Position numbers and translations under genes: made by a program. A stretch of DNA of 64,000 bases from Mytilus trossulus (Eukaryota). Under the pieces are notes generated by a model, which saw only the letters and a program-made list of their open reading frames with translations, had not been told where the DNA came from and ran no database searches. The stretch spans positions 57,102,001 through 57,166,000 of the forward strand of contig NC_086381.1 in the NCBI RefSeq assembly GCF_036588685.1, read 5' to 3'. Below are positions 1 through 12,899 of this stretch, piece by piece (position 1 is the first letter of the stretch; every line of letters begins with the position of its first letter).

Positions 1-1055
1 AGATGCCTTTTAAAATTGAAATGTTTTAAAATTATAGCGATATAGCATAATACACAGTCACATGTTTGAAGTTAAACATGTGTATTTATATATCAAACAG
101 GTAGGTGAAAACCAGTATTTGAACATATATAAAGATGAAAATGACAAAGTGTGGTTATCGTAAACATGATAAATTCACCTGTCAAATACAATGAAACACC
201 ATATAATTAGATATAGTGTACTATATTATTTTAATCAATATATCAACGTTTAGATTGTTTAATGTTATTGTCCTTCACGTCCACTATAATCAGTCGTTGC
301 TTATACAAAACATGTTTTAATGTCTTCCTTATATTTGACAAAGTATGCACATATGCAGTTTAACTCATCAATCATTGTCAATGACGTAAACGTACAACGT
401 ATATATCATAAATGTAAAATACAATAAAAAAGGATGTTCGTGTATAAGAAATGCAAACACATTTTTTTTAATAATTTCAAAAAAAAAATCTGCATAATTA
501 CCCGTGGATTATGGAATTAATCCAATCACAATACTTGAATTATGGTATAAAAGGCCATGCTACATTTTAAGTATTGGTCCATCGGAATTAAATAAAACCG
601 ACAATGTGCTGCTTCCCATGTTAGAATCGATATAATGACTGTTTTATATTTCAAAAACTATGATTTTCCTTTTAATTTTCTTTTTTTTTCTATATATATA
701 TTTTTTTTCTTTCAATTTGTTTAAAGAAGAGAAATATTCTCATCAACGGTATACGAAAACTGTGCTGCATATATATGATGCGACATGTAATTGTAAGTTG
801 TAAAGTGACCTGTCAGATGAGGACAAACAACTAGGACACTTATAACATGTGTTATTATGAATATTTTTATGAAACAAACATGTATGTGGTATCCTTGATA
901 ATAACATTGACATTGGTATCTCCTTAAGACACCAACACAAGTCGTAAAAAGTAAAACAACAGACCCTGACTTAAGTTATTAAGAACAGGGTCAACAATTT
1001 ATAAGAACTGGATTATGCACATTAATATACCAATATTCCGGTGAAAAGGTGCAAC

Positions 1056-1639
1056 AAAGGAGTAGGTCCAATAAGACCCCTTTTTGGCCCCAAAATATAG
1101 CAGTTTTACAAAATGGTTCAAATGTAAACTTTTAGTTACTTATTGAACAATAGAATGATTCTGCTACACAAATATGTGCTATTTTTAACAAAACAATGCA
1201 CATATATCGAGAACTAGCACTATTAAGGCATGCTAAATTATTGAAATCTTCACAATTCTAGCATTTTAGTTAAATTTGAGACGGTTTCCGTGTAAAACGA
1301 AAGTGGCCACATTCGTGTTCATCCTTTATATTGAAATGTAAGTTGTATTGGATGATAATACATAACATATATAAAGGTTGAGGATGAACACGGATGCGGC
1401 CACTTTTATTTTTGACAAAAACCATTTGAAAAGTTACATTTTTCGGCATACTTGGTAGATTTTTCATATTTGAGCTTAAATTGGATCGTTTTTAATGACT
1501 AAATTAGTTAAAATCTTTCACATAAATTAATTGAATCAAATGAAATAGACACTTAAGTGTTTAAAAAGTGTTCAAAAACTTTCGTGAGATGAACTTGAAA
1601 TTTGAGGCCAAAATCCGTCCTTACCGGACCTACTCCTTT
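1056..1639. mobile_element. MITE (non-autonomous TIR DNA element, ~580 bp)
   Basis: Terminal inverted repeats AAAGGAGTAGGTCC (1056-1069) / GGACCTACTCCTTT (1626-1639), with looser pairing further in; no coding capacity. Confidence 0.8.
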
Positions 1640-1649
1640 CAAACAGATC

Positions 1650-2436
1650 GCGTCGAAGTATTCGTACTGAACACAGCTGAAAACAACTCACTAACCTTCG
1701 TGGACAAACATAATGGAAATTCCAGATGATTTGAATGCCTTACTAGCAGCCATGAAGCTAACTGGAAAAGAACCTGCCTGGAAGTTTTCCTCAAGTTCTG
1801 ACCAGGTGTCCGTACAGCTCACGTGGACCAAGACAAAGGCTAAGGAACCAGAGGCACCCTCTAGTAAATCCAAGCCGGCCCTGAAGAGTAAGCCACCCTC
1901 CACCAGGAGAAGAGACGCAAAGCGCTTTGACCAGTGGAAGGCAACAAAAACAGCTGAGGTACCTGCTGACAAAGTCAAACATACCACCACACAAACAGAG
2001 ACAAGAGACAGCGTTGTTGGACCTGTACTCACACCAACGAAGTACAAGGGGGAACCAGCTGGGGTTGTAGTCAGTAGGGATATTGTCACCAGTCCCTACA
2101 ACCCCAACAAGGCCTGCCACCGCCTAGTATTTTATACCTCCACCAATGACAGAGGCAAGCGCAGTAGGATCGACTTTGAAGATGGGTTCGACATCGACCA
2201 AACAGACCTACTGCGCACACCACCACACACATCGCCAGTCATCAATGAGGAATCCAAAGAGGCAATGAAATCAGCCATACAAGCGGCCCGACCAAATACT
2301 CCGTACCAGCAACACCAACGCAGTCGGAGTAAAATGAAGGCAAACCGACCAACAGACTCCAGTCTATAAGATAGGTTATTCAGTCCGCAATATCCAACAG
2401 GTTAGCCGGACTTAAAAAATCCACACATCATCATCA
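1650..2436 (+). mobile_element. Short retroposed element carrying an ORF; 3' stem-loop and (CAT)n tail; 11-bp target-site duplication
   Basis: TCAAACAGATC at 1639-1649 and 2437-2447 brackets a GC-richer block that ends AGTCCG...CGGACT-AAAAAA-TCCACA-CATCATCATCAT. Confidence 0.7.
1713..2369 (+). CDS. Intronless 218-aa basic, S/T/P/K-rich protein of unknown function, encoded by the retroposon
   Basis: Uninterrupted ATG-TAA ORF in good context (ATAATGG) filling most of the TSD-flanked unit; basic KSKPPSTRRRDAKR motif. Confidence 0.6.
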   Translation: MEIPDDLNALLAAMKLTGKEPAWKFSSSSDQVSVQLTWTKTKAKEPEAPSSKSKPALKSKPPSTRRRDAKRFDQWKATKTAEVPADKVKHTTTQTETRDSVVGPVLTPTKYKGEPAGVVVSRDIVTSPYNPNKACHRLVFYTSTNDRGKRSRIDFEDGFDIDQTDLLRTPPHTSPVINEESKEAMKSAIQAARPNTPYQQHQRSRSKMKANRPTDSSL

Positions 2437-2889
2437 TCAAACAGATCAACGAAAGTGTATTTTGATGACGTGATTTAACTCGAGAGTAGATCTATACATG
2501 ATAAACGACCTTGTTCTTTTCCTCTAATATCCGGTTTGCTAACGCTCAGGGTTAAAATAAGCGATTATAAATGCCCAACCTATGGTTAAATGAAAACAAA
2601 TCTACGGCTACCAAAACTATTTCTTAAGTAAACATAAAAGGCATGAAACCGCCTGAGTTGTCTTGTAATAGCTTGTTCGCTTCGAGAGTGTGTGATCGTA
2701 AGTACTTAACCCGGCTGAATCAAACCAAGGACTTTTGAATTGGTGTTTGTTTTCTCCGCTAAGCTGTTGGCATTAATATATAAAAGCAACGAATAGTTGC
2801 CTCAAAATTAGATGTTGAAAAGGTGACATGGTATATAACATGTCACAGGAGTGTTACATTGTGAAGAGCACGTTAAGAATCCAGCTTAG

Positions 2890-3060
2890 AATGAAAAAAA
2901 GATATGGTATGATAGCCAATATTACAACTCTCTACAAGAGACCAAATGACACAGACATTAACAGCTATAGGTCCCCGTACGACCTTCAAAAGTGAGCAAA
3001 ACCCTTACCGCATAGTTAGCTAAAAAAAGGGCCCCGAAAAATAAATGAAAAACAAATAAC
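2890..3060 (-). repeat. Dispersed repeat family A, terminal fragment
   Basis: Reverse complement of the ...GAGAGTTGT..ATTGGC.ATCATACCA.ATCTT end that recurs many times in the window. Confidence 0.6.
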
Positions 3061-3908
3061 CCCGAAATACAAATATAAATACAAAGGTAAAAACAACGCA
3101 TGGTAAATAGTCATGTTTCATTAGCATGTTATCGTCCTGATTATGCATATCAATTTGACGCTGGACAGTAAGCTGTCACTCATCATCACCCTCATTATCG
3201 TAAAAGATATTGTTGACAATGACATATTGTTATGTGTAAAATGCAAAATAAATGAACCTAACCTTTGGTAAACTCTGTAAAGTGAGGTAAACCCCCTTTT
3301 AAAAACTGTTCACAACAAACTATTTATTTCTCTTAATGAGTGTTGCAACCTTCCAAACGACATTCGACCTGATTTTGTCTGAAATGCAGTACAATATTAT
3401 AACGCATGCAACGAAAACTTACGACGTTACTTAGATTGAGAAATGAACAGGTGAAAATAAAATAAATTTAAACTTTTATTTTCGAAAATACATGTTTGTT
3501 TCAATCACTACCACGCTTGTAAATCATGCATCCTCGAAGAGCTTTAACGAATGTTGCAAACAATATCAAACTAAAGCAGCATTAGCCATGCACGTATGCA
3601 AGTCGTTAGTGTGATCCTGATTAAATATGCATCAATATACAATATATACAATTAGTTTTCCACTATATTGAATATTATCATTCACCATGATATACTCTAA
3701 AATTGTCTCTTAATGTGTTATGGGTGTCGAAATTAAAAATGATAGAATTTGTTCATACTTTGCAAGGTGTATTAATAGGTCGCCGTGCATTTTCTCAAGC
3801 TACAGGTTGTGATAAAATGACAACTTTTGTATGGATTATACAGGAAAAAACAACATTATGTGATTAAAAGTTAAACTAAATGATAGAATTGTAAAATTAA
3901 ATAAATGC

Positions 3909-4032
3909 CTTTCAACTCTGTACTTGTTTGGCTTATAAATATTTTGATCTGATCGTCACTGATGAGTCTTGTGTAGACGAAACGCGCGTCTGGCGTACTA
4001 AATTATAATCCAGGTACCTTTGATAACTATTG
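3909..4032 (+). mobile_element. 5'-truncated hammerhead retrozyme copy with 8-bp TSD
   Basis: Near-identical to the 3' part of 28422-28793; ATAAATGC at 3901-3908 and 4033-4040. Confidence 0.8.
3954..3995 (+). ncRNA. Minimal type I hammerhead ribozyme
   Basis: Stem I CGUCA/UGGCG, core CUGAUGA (3959-3965), stem II GUCU/AGAC, GAAA, short stem III with palindromic GCGC loop, GUC cleavage triplet ending at 3990. Confidence 0.85.
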
Positions 4033-5410
4033 ATAAATGCTTTGAGAATATCAAAAGAAAAGATAATGTCACCGTACGTTTTTTCTGGTTAAAATACAAA
4101 ATTGCAAAATTCCATGTAGATTCCTTTAGAAAATGCACTATTTCAGATGTATCTCCCCTTAAAATGCCAATTAAAAAAAAATCAAAATCAAGTAAAAATA
4201 ATATAATTTTAATCTAGTTATAATCATAAACATTTGTTCTTTTATTTGAAATTTCACATTAGTTTTCTGCATTCCTGCATCAAATTCTGCTAACTTAATT
4301 GAAAATCTGGACCTGAGGTTCCCTTTTTTTTTTAAATCCAAGATAAATCACCGGGTGAATTACGCTACATATATTGTTGACTCATGTGTAGAAAAGAGCA
4401 AATGTATATACCATAAGGAAATGCACAACTGTTTAAATTTGTAAAATTTGAATCAAATATTTATAAACGGATTTGTATTAAAGAAATATCATGCACAAAT
4501 AGTACAACTCACACATAGACATTTAACGTAGATAACATGCCAAAAAAAATATATAATGAAAACATGTGGGTCTTGTTCTTGTTGAAAATAGTTTCGGATT
4601 TTTTGTTATATTTTAAATGTAAAATATTCATACCATCCGGTTCACAAACCAAAACCGAAGGATCTCTTAATGACGTGTAAATTTCGATAACATTCACCAA
4701 ATTGAAACAGTATTATTTCCGCCTTTATTTCAATACCACAGTTTTTTTTTGTTGTTCTGGTGGTTATTATGTCCAAACCTTTGTGTGGCCTCCTATTAAT
4801 TAAGAAAACACAATACATGGTGTTTTAACGTACTAACTTGACCAATTTATTTCTCAGAGTCATTAATAATGTCTTGACATGTAATACAAATTGTTTATTG
4901 TTAAGATTGCAGGTTGTTGAGACATATGGAACATAAATAAGAAAGTGTAGTAGTCAAAAATAAAATTGTGTCGAGTGTTTTATAAAAAAGAAAAGTCCTT
5001 AATATAAATGGAGGTACACCCAAAAAGCATCACTCTTAAAGTTCACATACATCTGTATCATTGCAGAGATATTTTATAAGCAACTATTTGCATTTAAGAA
5101 TAGACACATCTTTACCTTGTGCTGAAAGTACCATGTTGTGATATTTGTCTAACAACCTTTTGATTTTGTTTAATCGGGTCAACGACTATAACCCTGACAA
5201 AGTTGAAAGTCATTTTGGGGATATCTACGGTCGCTGTTTTTTCAAAACCTAGAAAGTGCACTTTATTCAAAATAAGTATTTACCAATTTTTGTCAACGAA
5301 AAGATAATTATAATTCAAAATCAATCGGTTTTTATTTTCATTTTTATTTCATTTTAAACTCGTTTTACATCAAATGTAAAAGTTATAAATGGCGGTGTAT
5401 ATATACACAC

Positions 5411-5759
5411 TTAATCCTTCTTGGTGGAACGTACGCATTTCTTGTAAGAACAGTTATACCCTTTACAACAGTCGTTGCTTCCTTTACAAGTTCTTGCTGT
5501 ACATGACGTGCAGTTTCCGTAAACGCAACTAGAATCGTCACAGCAGTCACGGGTATTCTTGCATTTTCGTGGGTTACATGACTTGCAATTGCCGTAAATG
5601 CAACTAGAATCATTACAGCAGTCTCGAGTAGTTTTGCATTTTCTTGAGTTACAAGATTTGCAGATTCCGTAAACGCAGGTATTGCCAGGACAACACGGAC
5701 TATTCTTGCAATTAGCTCCATTGAACCCACATGGTATTACACTTCTTCTTTTAACCAGT
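5411..5759 (-). CDS. CRP-I: CRP-I gene 1, exon 4: (K)LVKR-RSVIPCGFNGANCKNSPCCPGNTCVYGIC...CSYKKCVRSTKKD, four Cys modules; precursor 149 aa
   Basis: Translated by hand (the ORF track shows only the shadow frame); AG acceptor at 5760-5761, TAA at 5411-5413, AATAAA near 5343; 24 Cys in 4x C-C-CC-C-C. Confidence 0.92.
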
Positions 5760-6029
5760 CTAAAAGAAGAAATAAGTGAGAATGTTTAAAAGATGACCGA
5801 TATATTATCAAAACTTTCGTACTGACAGAGATTATTTACAGTATAGCTTAATGTAAGAAACAACTATTTTATCAGCATATTTTTAAGTTGCTCCATACAC
5901 ATAATGATAAAAAAGAAATAATACTTATCTAATGGGAAGTTATTTTTACCATCCCTGTTATTCTTACGGTAGTGAAATGTGTTAGAGTGATTTCGTAAAA
6001 TGTTACATTGTAGTTGCATACATGTACAT

Positions 6030-6800
6030 ACAAAAGAAATGATTTGGAATGCTTGCCAATGAGACAACTCTCCACAAGAGACCAAAAGGTCAGAAATTGA
6101 CAACTGTAAGTCACCGTATGGCCTTCAACAATAAGCGATGCCTATACCACATAGTCAGTTATACTAGGCTCCGAAATGACACATTAAAATAATTCAAACG
6201 AGAAAACTAAAGGTCTAATTTATTTATAAAAATAATTAACGATAAACAGATATGTAACACATAAACAAACGACAACCACTGAATTTCAGGCTCCTGACTT
6301 GGAACAGGCACGTATAGAATGTGGCGGTGTTAAACATGTTAGCGGGATCCCAACCCTCTCCCTAACCTGGGACAGTGTTGTAACAGTACAACATAAGAAC
6401 GAACTATAAACATCAGTTGAAAAAGCTTTTACTCCTCAGAAGGATACAAATACTTCACAGATTTGACGTTGCCGGGTACTCTTATATTCCAACAAAAAGA
6501 CACTAAGTACAGGTCTGAAAGTACTCGCAGTTACTGACAACTAGTTTAAAGCCACTAACAACTTATTAAAAAATCATGCATCTAAAAATAACTTATCAAT
6601 CAGTACACATCCAATGGATTTAGTGTAAAGAAATCATAAACAGTCGGACAAAACACGACCTTGTGCAATGCTAAGATACAGGTATCGACATATTGTAGAT
6701 CCATGAATGTGTATATGTATATAACAATAATATTTAATTTGCTTTGGAATTACTGATAACAAAATCAATACTTATATCAATAACAGTATATTTAATGATA
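6030..6800 (-). repeat. Dispersed repeat family A, long copy in gene 1 intron 3
   Basis: Reverse-complement match to 17660-18282 (GGGATCCCGCTAACATGTTTAAC, GAGTACTCTCAGATCTGTAC, GAGAGTTGTCTCATTGGCA). Confidence 0.75.
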
Positions 6801-7898
6801 TTTAAATGTGTTGAATTGATAACCTTTAAGAATAAGTTTTCCAGGACCGTTGGTAAATTTTTCGGGCACGGCAAAAAAACCTTTCCGTCAAATTGAGGAT
6901 GGCAGCATGTAGTGTTTGAATTGAATAAATCAGGAAAGTCAGCATGTAACACTTGACTTGAAAATATTTGACCAAAATAAATTAACTGTGTTACATAAAA
7001 TGTAGCCTTTTCTAATCTAAGTAATGTTAACTTATGTATTCATACAATTCCTATGTTATATGCTACACATCATGTCTTTAAAATTATAGACAACGTCAAA
7101 TGTTTGAATATTTGACTTAATATTTTTCTTCTACGCTTTATTTGTTTTCCTTTTGGTTAAATTCAAATAACGTTAGGCTAGTGCTAATGAGCCTCTTATA
7201 TGTTTAAAGAAATACACATGTCTTTAAATATATTGGTGATAACATGTATCACACTTGAAATGGTAACCGTTCTACGTATCAGTTGTGTTGACCAGATAAA
7301 TCAAAGGGCTGTCTTTTGAATTTCGTCATTGTTTTTTTCAAACTAATTAATCAAACTATAGCTATTTACGCATAAGTTTCTCAGTTTTTTTGGGGGGAGA
7401 AGGTAACTAACGTGAGGGTACCAACCTACCACTTTTACGGTTTAATAGAGGTTTCCAGACTTGCTACGTATCAGGTACGGTTGGTACGTAACACAACCGT
7501 TGGTGCTGTTTGGGAGGTTTCATTTAACGCATGAGATTATTGTATGTATCATGATAAGAATAGAGAAACAAAATTGCATATCAGTGATAAAAACCGTTAT
7601 CTTTTATTTTATTACGATTTCACTGCTTCAAGAAAACCTTGCACGTGATATTATACGATAACATTTATTTTGTGCACAAGAGAATGAATTAAACAGTCCT
7701 TACTGGAACTGAGTTGCCTCGACCTTTATATTCTAAATATAGATTTGCGTTTCTGTATGGCTATATTTCTGTTTTTTGTATATTAAGAAAAGGATTAGAA
7801 TAAAGAATGTTTTCTAATACTTAAATATAAATTGGAATAATTAGAAATTACTTATTAATAATATCTTACTTGTACCTTACTGGTGTCGTTAATGACTA

Positions 7899-7977
7899 CA
7901 TAGACGGATCCAGGGGAAGGGGGGCTTGGGGACCCCCCCCCCCCCCCCCCTTATGAAAAGTTCTGGATGCGTCACTG
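7899..7977. mobile_element. Tiny TIR element with G/C-tract core
   Basis: CATAGACGGATCCAG ... CTGGATGCGTCACTG imperfect inverted ends around G-run and C-run. Confidence 0.5.
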
Positions 7978-10268
7978 AACTAGTACACGTGCTAATGGCA
8001 AAAATTAGTTCACAATTGTATTGATTTCTCATTAGATATTTTTTTTATTAATTAAGCTATCTTTTCGATCATTTCAGCAACATTTTTTCATAAAACGCAA
8101 CGCACATTGTAAAACTATCGATCTATCTCTTTCCTTATGTTTTGTCTCTGAACTTTTAATAAAATTGTTGATTATATTAATTACTTAAAGAATGAATATA
8201 AATTTTATGACACTAATGAAAACCATTTTTTGAGTAGACATATTTATCATCACGATGTTACTTCATCGTGTTAGCTTATTATTGTTATGTCACTAGATAT
8301 TGTTATTACATTGATATTTGTAAATATTGTCGCGAGTAAAATTGCACATGCCTGCGAGTAGTATAATATAATCTACAAGGGGTAATATTAAACCAATATC
8401 CATCCATTAATCCTTTTGTCGTACAGCATTGCCAGAAAAACTTTATACAACACAGCGTATTTTGTTCACTGATAACGGCAATAATTTGACGCTATATTTA
8501 CACTTAGTCTAATGCAATATGAATATGTCTTTCTAACTCTTCGTAATGTTCTACGGAAAATACTGTGTTGCTATATAATGTCTTTTGCACCATTTACAAC
8601 TGATTTATGGACTCAAAATTTAAGGATCATTTTCATCGGCTGGTAAAGGTTTCTTTGTAATTTGGTTCAGTCAGGTTTGTATGTACTCGTATCATGAAAA
8701 CGATATTACTTAAAATAGTTTAACTCCAGTTTTTCTGAGTTTACTCTCCTTGCTTACTGCGAAAAAGATATTAAAAAGGGCATGTTTCTAAAATTTATAG
8801 AGCATATTGATTTTATTAGGGTTTTTTTTTTGTAAAGAAAAACTTTAAGCCCTACGGTAAAGATAATTGTCCAAAAAGGAAGGATGCCAAGTAAATACGA
8901 TATCAGCCATATCTCTATGCATAATTGTTCAAATTGAATATGTAAACGACCTTGTATTTTTTATAACTTCATTCCGGATGTCTGATTTTTTTTTTATCGT
9001 TATTCAATTCTTCCACATATATATACAACAGATATATTACATATTACACAAAATTATCACAAGGCAATGTTATTAAGTAAAATGACATATGTACATAATC
9101 AGTACAGTAATCAGAAATCACGCATTTTGACACCTTCGGTTTCTTGTAACAGAGTTATAATTTTTATAAAGTATGTATGACCATGTCTCCCTGGACTTTT
9201 TTTTTTTTATCTATACCACTTCACAAATCTAATAGACCTCTCGCGCACTGACTGAACAATGATTTGGTTTTATATTAATTTTGTCATTTTTCTTTTGTTA
9301 TTAAGGTCAATTTATTTTGTTCAAATACATTTTATTTGATCATGTTTTCTAAAAACTTACCAAAATAAATACAAAACTTTAACATTTTATTATGATACAT
9401 AATGTTATTACAAACAAAATTTATAAAGTTTTAAATTTGTTTTGTAATTTAGCTTCTTTGTATCTATGTAGTTTCACGGGGAAATAACTCTTAACTATAA
9501 ACCTTTCGTACCGACGGTTACTTGCAACGGTTGCTTGAAAGCATAATCGAGTGCACACACTATTGTTTTCTACGAATACAAGAAGAAACCACATGCAATT
9601 AGTCCCACATTACAGCTAAAAATTCTCTAAACAGTTATGCATATGATTTCTAACACATTTGTTGATATAAAGTGTATACATCACTAATTTTCAAAAGTTA
9701 AATGACGGCTCCCACTTTGTACTACGGTTGGTAGGGTAGCAAATCTGGAAACCTCTACTAGCCTGTGATTATTCATCATCCAGACAAAAGTTTCCGTTAG
9801 GAGTTTATTTTGTAGATGTATCAGTATTTGCTTTATATTAAAACCCATGTATAATTGGAATCCATATTAAATTATAGCAAAATTGGTTTGATCAACCTTC
9901 AAATGAGCAATGTTCCATAAATAGGGGTACCTAAATTCCATCCATGATCAAAAGTCCTATTCTACATATTTGAATATATATATATAATGGTTATTTTTTT
10001 TTAATCTATAAATATTTATAACAAGGTTACACTATTCCATTTATATATTGAAAATGTTTCGTCTCAAAGAGAAAATATAAAATAAAAAATATTTTTACAG
10101 AATGGATACGATTTGTATAGTGTGACATTAAATCTACAATTATTAAATTCTAGTGTATAAATCGTATATCTGTTAGAATATACATTTCCGTACTTCTCGT
10201 TTACAGGAAAAAATAACACTATACATAAAATCAAGCAATAGGCTTCGTGGATTATAAATCCAACTTAC

Positions 10269-10317
10269 TTGTGAGCCAGTTCATTATCCTCTGCCAGTTC
10301 TTCGTTGGCCATGCTTA
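10269..10317 (-). CDS. CRP-I: CRP-I gene 1, exon 3 (pro region, VSMANEELAEDNELAH)
   Basis: 49 nt, TTTCAG acceptor and GTAAGT donor, phase 1 to 2, homologous in all paralogs. Confidence 0.9.
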
Positions 10318-11527
10318 CTGAAAGCATAGAGTAATTTGTATTTATTTTAGTATCGTGTCTAAAATATGTTTTACGACACACACTAATATAACTATAAAGA
10401 TATAACGATATAATCAGATATATTACATATTTTTTGTGGGAAACTATTCTAAATTATTTGAGATGCAAACAATTTGGTTTAAGTTGTTTCATTAGCGTAT
10501 AGTTGGCATCTTTCACTATTTTTAATATTTAAAGTTCGTTCCTTCAAAAGACACATTGCTTTTTTTTTATATTTCATACAGATGACTACCTGTAGAAGTT
10601 GTTTTATCAGTTGAAGTCAATGTTTGGGTTTTGAATATATGAATAACATCATATCTGAAATTACTTTATTAAATCAGTTTTCCAACAACAAAAACAACAA
10701 AACAATTCATAGCTAAACATTAACAGTCTTCAACCATGTATAAATATTTAAAAAGATTGGGAAAGCTTTAGATTGTATTAATTATCGAAAGTTTGTAACT
10801 AAAATTGTTAGGAATAAATCAAAGATAAATTTTCGCCATTAAAAAACCAATGAAACCACCAAAAAAGGTGTTTGGCTCGGGAAATCTGTATGATCATGAC
10901 AAAAGGCAAGAACAAAGACATAATACAGTAGGACTTTCGGCAGTGGCTCTTGAAAGTCTTTTGTTTTTCGATATACGATGTAAAAACCACTGCGGCTACG
11001 TTTAAAGCATTTATTCTTACTTCGCGTTCGTCGTTGTATCAGAATATAAGCACATACAATTTTAAAATAAATGATACGATATTATTGAAGTTTATCAGAT
11101 AGTAAATGTCATGGAGTACACTTTTTTGTGCTAACTGAAAAATATATTCATGTGCATGATACAAATATACATGTACAGTATACATGTGACAGATGTTCCG
11201 AGTAGAGAAATTTTTGTTTTTCTACAAAAACTTCCAAGTATTATAAAATGTATAAGCCTTTTTTAAATGAATTGTTTTATATTTAAACTTAACCAAGTCA
11301 CTTACATGCATATCATTATAGTCCTTCGGACTTTTATGAGTATAATCCTGAATTTGTCTAGTTTGTACACTAATAAATTATTTAATAACGACTGTTATCT
11401 TATTCTCATACATTCATCAGGTCTGAAATCTTTATTAAGAATTTTATTATTTCAATTAAAATGAAACAACGGTCATTCACATCAGCAAATCGTGAAATAA
11501 ATAATGATATCTTTATAAATTGATTAC

Positions 11528-11579
11528 CTCCAACGAACGCTATCAACAGACTGGCGAATAAACAGATAGCAATCTTCAT
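11528..11579 (-). CDS. CRP-I: CRP-I gene 1, exon 2 coding part (signal peptide MKIAICLFASLLIAFVG)
   Basis: ATG at 11579, 52 nt to the GTAATC donor; hydrophobic signal conserved across paralogs. Confidence 0.9.
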
Positions 11580-12592
11580 TTTTCTTGTATCTCGTCTCTG
11601 TAAAACAATACAAAACATATATATTTTTCATTATTTTATACATGTTTTCTGATCAAAACTCGCTATAAAAAATCCGAGGTTTCAATTTTTTCAATGCAGT
11701 CCACGAATTTTAAGCAAGCTGTCTAATATTTTAATGTGCGTTCCATTATGTTATTAACCTGGTTTTGTACATTGGTATTTGCATTCAATGCTCGCTGTGA
11801 AAATCTGATTTACAGTTACGTCAAATGTTGATAAAATGACAGATATTGATGAGAGAAACTTCAAAAAGAAAAGAAAAAAGTTATGTTTTTCTCTGTCATT
11901 TTATCAATGTCAAATATTGATACATTTGCAGTTTCTCAAATAAGGCATGTAAATTACAAGAAAACGAGAGGACTGTCACGTTTTAAACATAGTATAGTGG
12001 ATACTATTATAAAATTACATTTCAATGTAGCAAATTAGTAGTAAAATTGTTTAAAATGTTCAATACAAATCCTCCATATTCAGAAGTTTGAAAGATTTCT
12101 GAAACTGACTAAGTTGCTACTTAACTGAAGCTGATTCTTCATACGTTATACAAAGTACATGCATAATAAGTCAATCTACATTTTATATCTGTTTGTGTGC
12201 GTATTAAGTTATTTATCAATCGTTGATCCTGATTTTCTTTGAATCTAGAGCAGTTAAACCTAGGAGCACATAGGAAGAATTACAAATTGTATTTTTAGTT
12301 TGACATGAATCAGATATTTCGATGTGACACGTGCAATAAGTAATACATAATACATGTAATACTAAACAGAAAAATCATTGAAATTAAAGAAAATGTACAC
12401 AACTACAGTGGTTTATGTTCGATACTTTATACTGTTAATAAACAGATGACAGACAGGGACGTAGCATAATTAACACGACTAAGAATCTGTGCATAGGTAC
12501 AAACGTTATATGTCAATTGTTTTCTTATTGCTTTCAACCTAAAAAAAATCTTCTTTCAATTTTTAACTTAAAATGACTTAAATTGTACTTAC

Positions 12593-12790
12593 ACGAGCAG
12601 ATATAACTATGAATAGGTTTTAGTCTTCTGACTATATTATTTACTTTTTCAAGCTTTTATACTTGATTTTGCCTCTGAAATCATTTAATATCAGCTGACA
12701 TATAGTTTTTATAAGTATCCTGGTGGGTTGTTGTACTGTCTTTCACGACTATTAATCAACTGGTCCTAACTAGTTACGATGCACGCAGAC
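12593..12790 (-). promoter_or_regulatory. Gene 1 proximal promoter, TATA box and non-coding exon 1
   Basis: TATAAAAG at 12661-12654, GTAAGT donor after 12593, CGTGAAA motif at 12747-12741; block conserved upstream of all five genes. Confidence 0.75.
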
Positions 12791-12899
12791 TGAATAAAAA
12801 ACGAAAATATTATAGTGCGATGTTTAAATTGTTATAACGGGTAAAAGTATTATTTTATTTGTTTTTATGAATGTTACTTTTACGGTCTGTTTTGGTCAT

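Noticed and set aside
1691-2120. Antisense ORFs of 132 and 109 aa
   Set aside because: Overlap the longer plus-strand ORF in a GC-richer block; no independent support
5383-5730. Shadow ORFs over exon 4 (also 19687-20031, 31802-32035, 58616-58915 and antisense ones)
   Set aside because: Alternative frames of the Cys-rich exon; the splice phase selects the Cys frame
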